In this document: positions 63,949-64,000 of the stretch, one piece after another
How the letters are laid out: the number at the start of each line of letters is the position of its first letter
Position numbering within the stretch: the stretch's first letter is position 1
Assembly: GCA_028534125.1 (NCBI GenBank)
Contig: CM052816.1
Span: forward strand, 66,962,001 to 67,026,000
Length of the DNA stretch: 64,000 nucleotides
From: Lama glama
Lineage: Eukaryota
Direction of reading: 5' to 3'
Translations under genes and position numbers: made by a program
The notes under the pieces: generated by a model
What the model was told of the DNA's origin: nothing
The model's input: only the letters and a program-made list of their open reading frames with translations
Database searches by the model: none

Positions 63949-64000
63949 CTGGAGAAAAGTCATAGCTATATGAATTGCCCACAAGCTCAAACGGATTGTA

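Overview
AT-rich, CpG-depleted mammalian genomic DNA, intronic or intergenic in character. The host is probably a camelid (camel/alpaca/vicuna), inferred from a vic-1-like tRNA-derived SINE and the associated young L1 3' ends. A large fraction is transposon-derived: young and old LINE-1 fragments (several with readable TSDs, one with twin-priming inversion geometry), a decayed two-LTR ERVL provirus (LTR16 class), solo MLT1/LTR33/MER21-like LTRs, MER5 and MER53 DNA elements, an L3/CR1 remnant and many MIR/L2 relics. No long ORF encodes a recognisable host protein; the longer ORFs in the track are L1 ORF2 pieces or chance frames. I could not identify a known gene or a clearly new biological system. 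The best leads are a chain of very short minus-strand exon candidates that join into open frames, a templated-insertion patch inside the ERVL, a perfect recent 95-bp tandem duplication, and a cluster of perfect NRF2/MAF-type motifs. Repeat family names come from recalled consensus sequences and boundaries are approximate unless TSDs are given.
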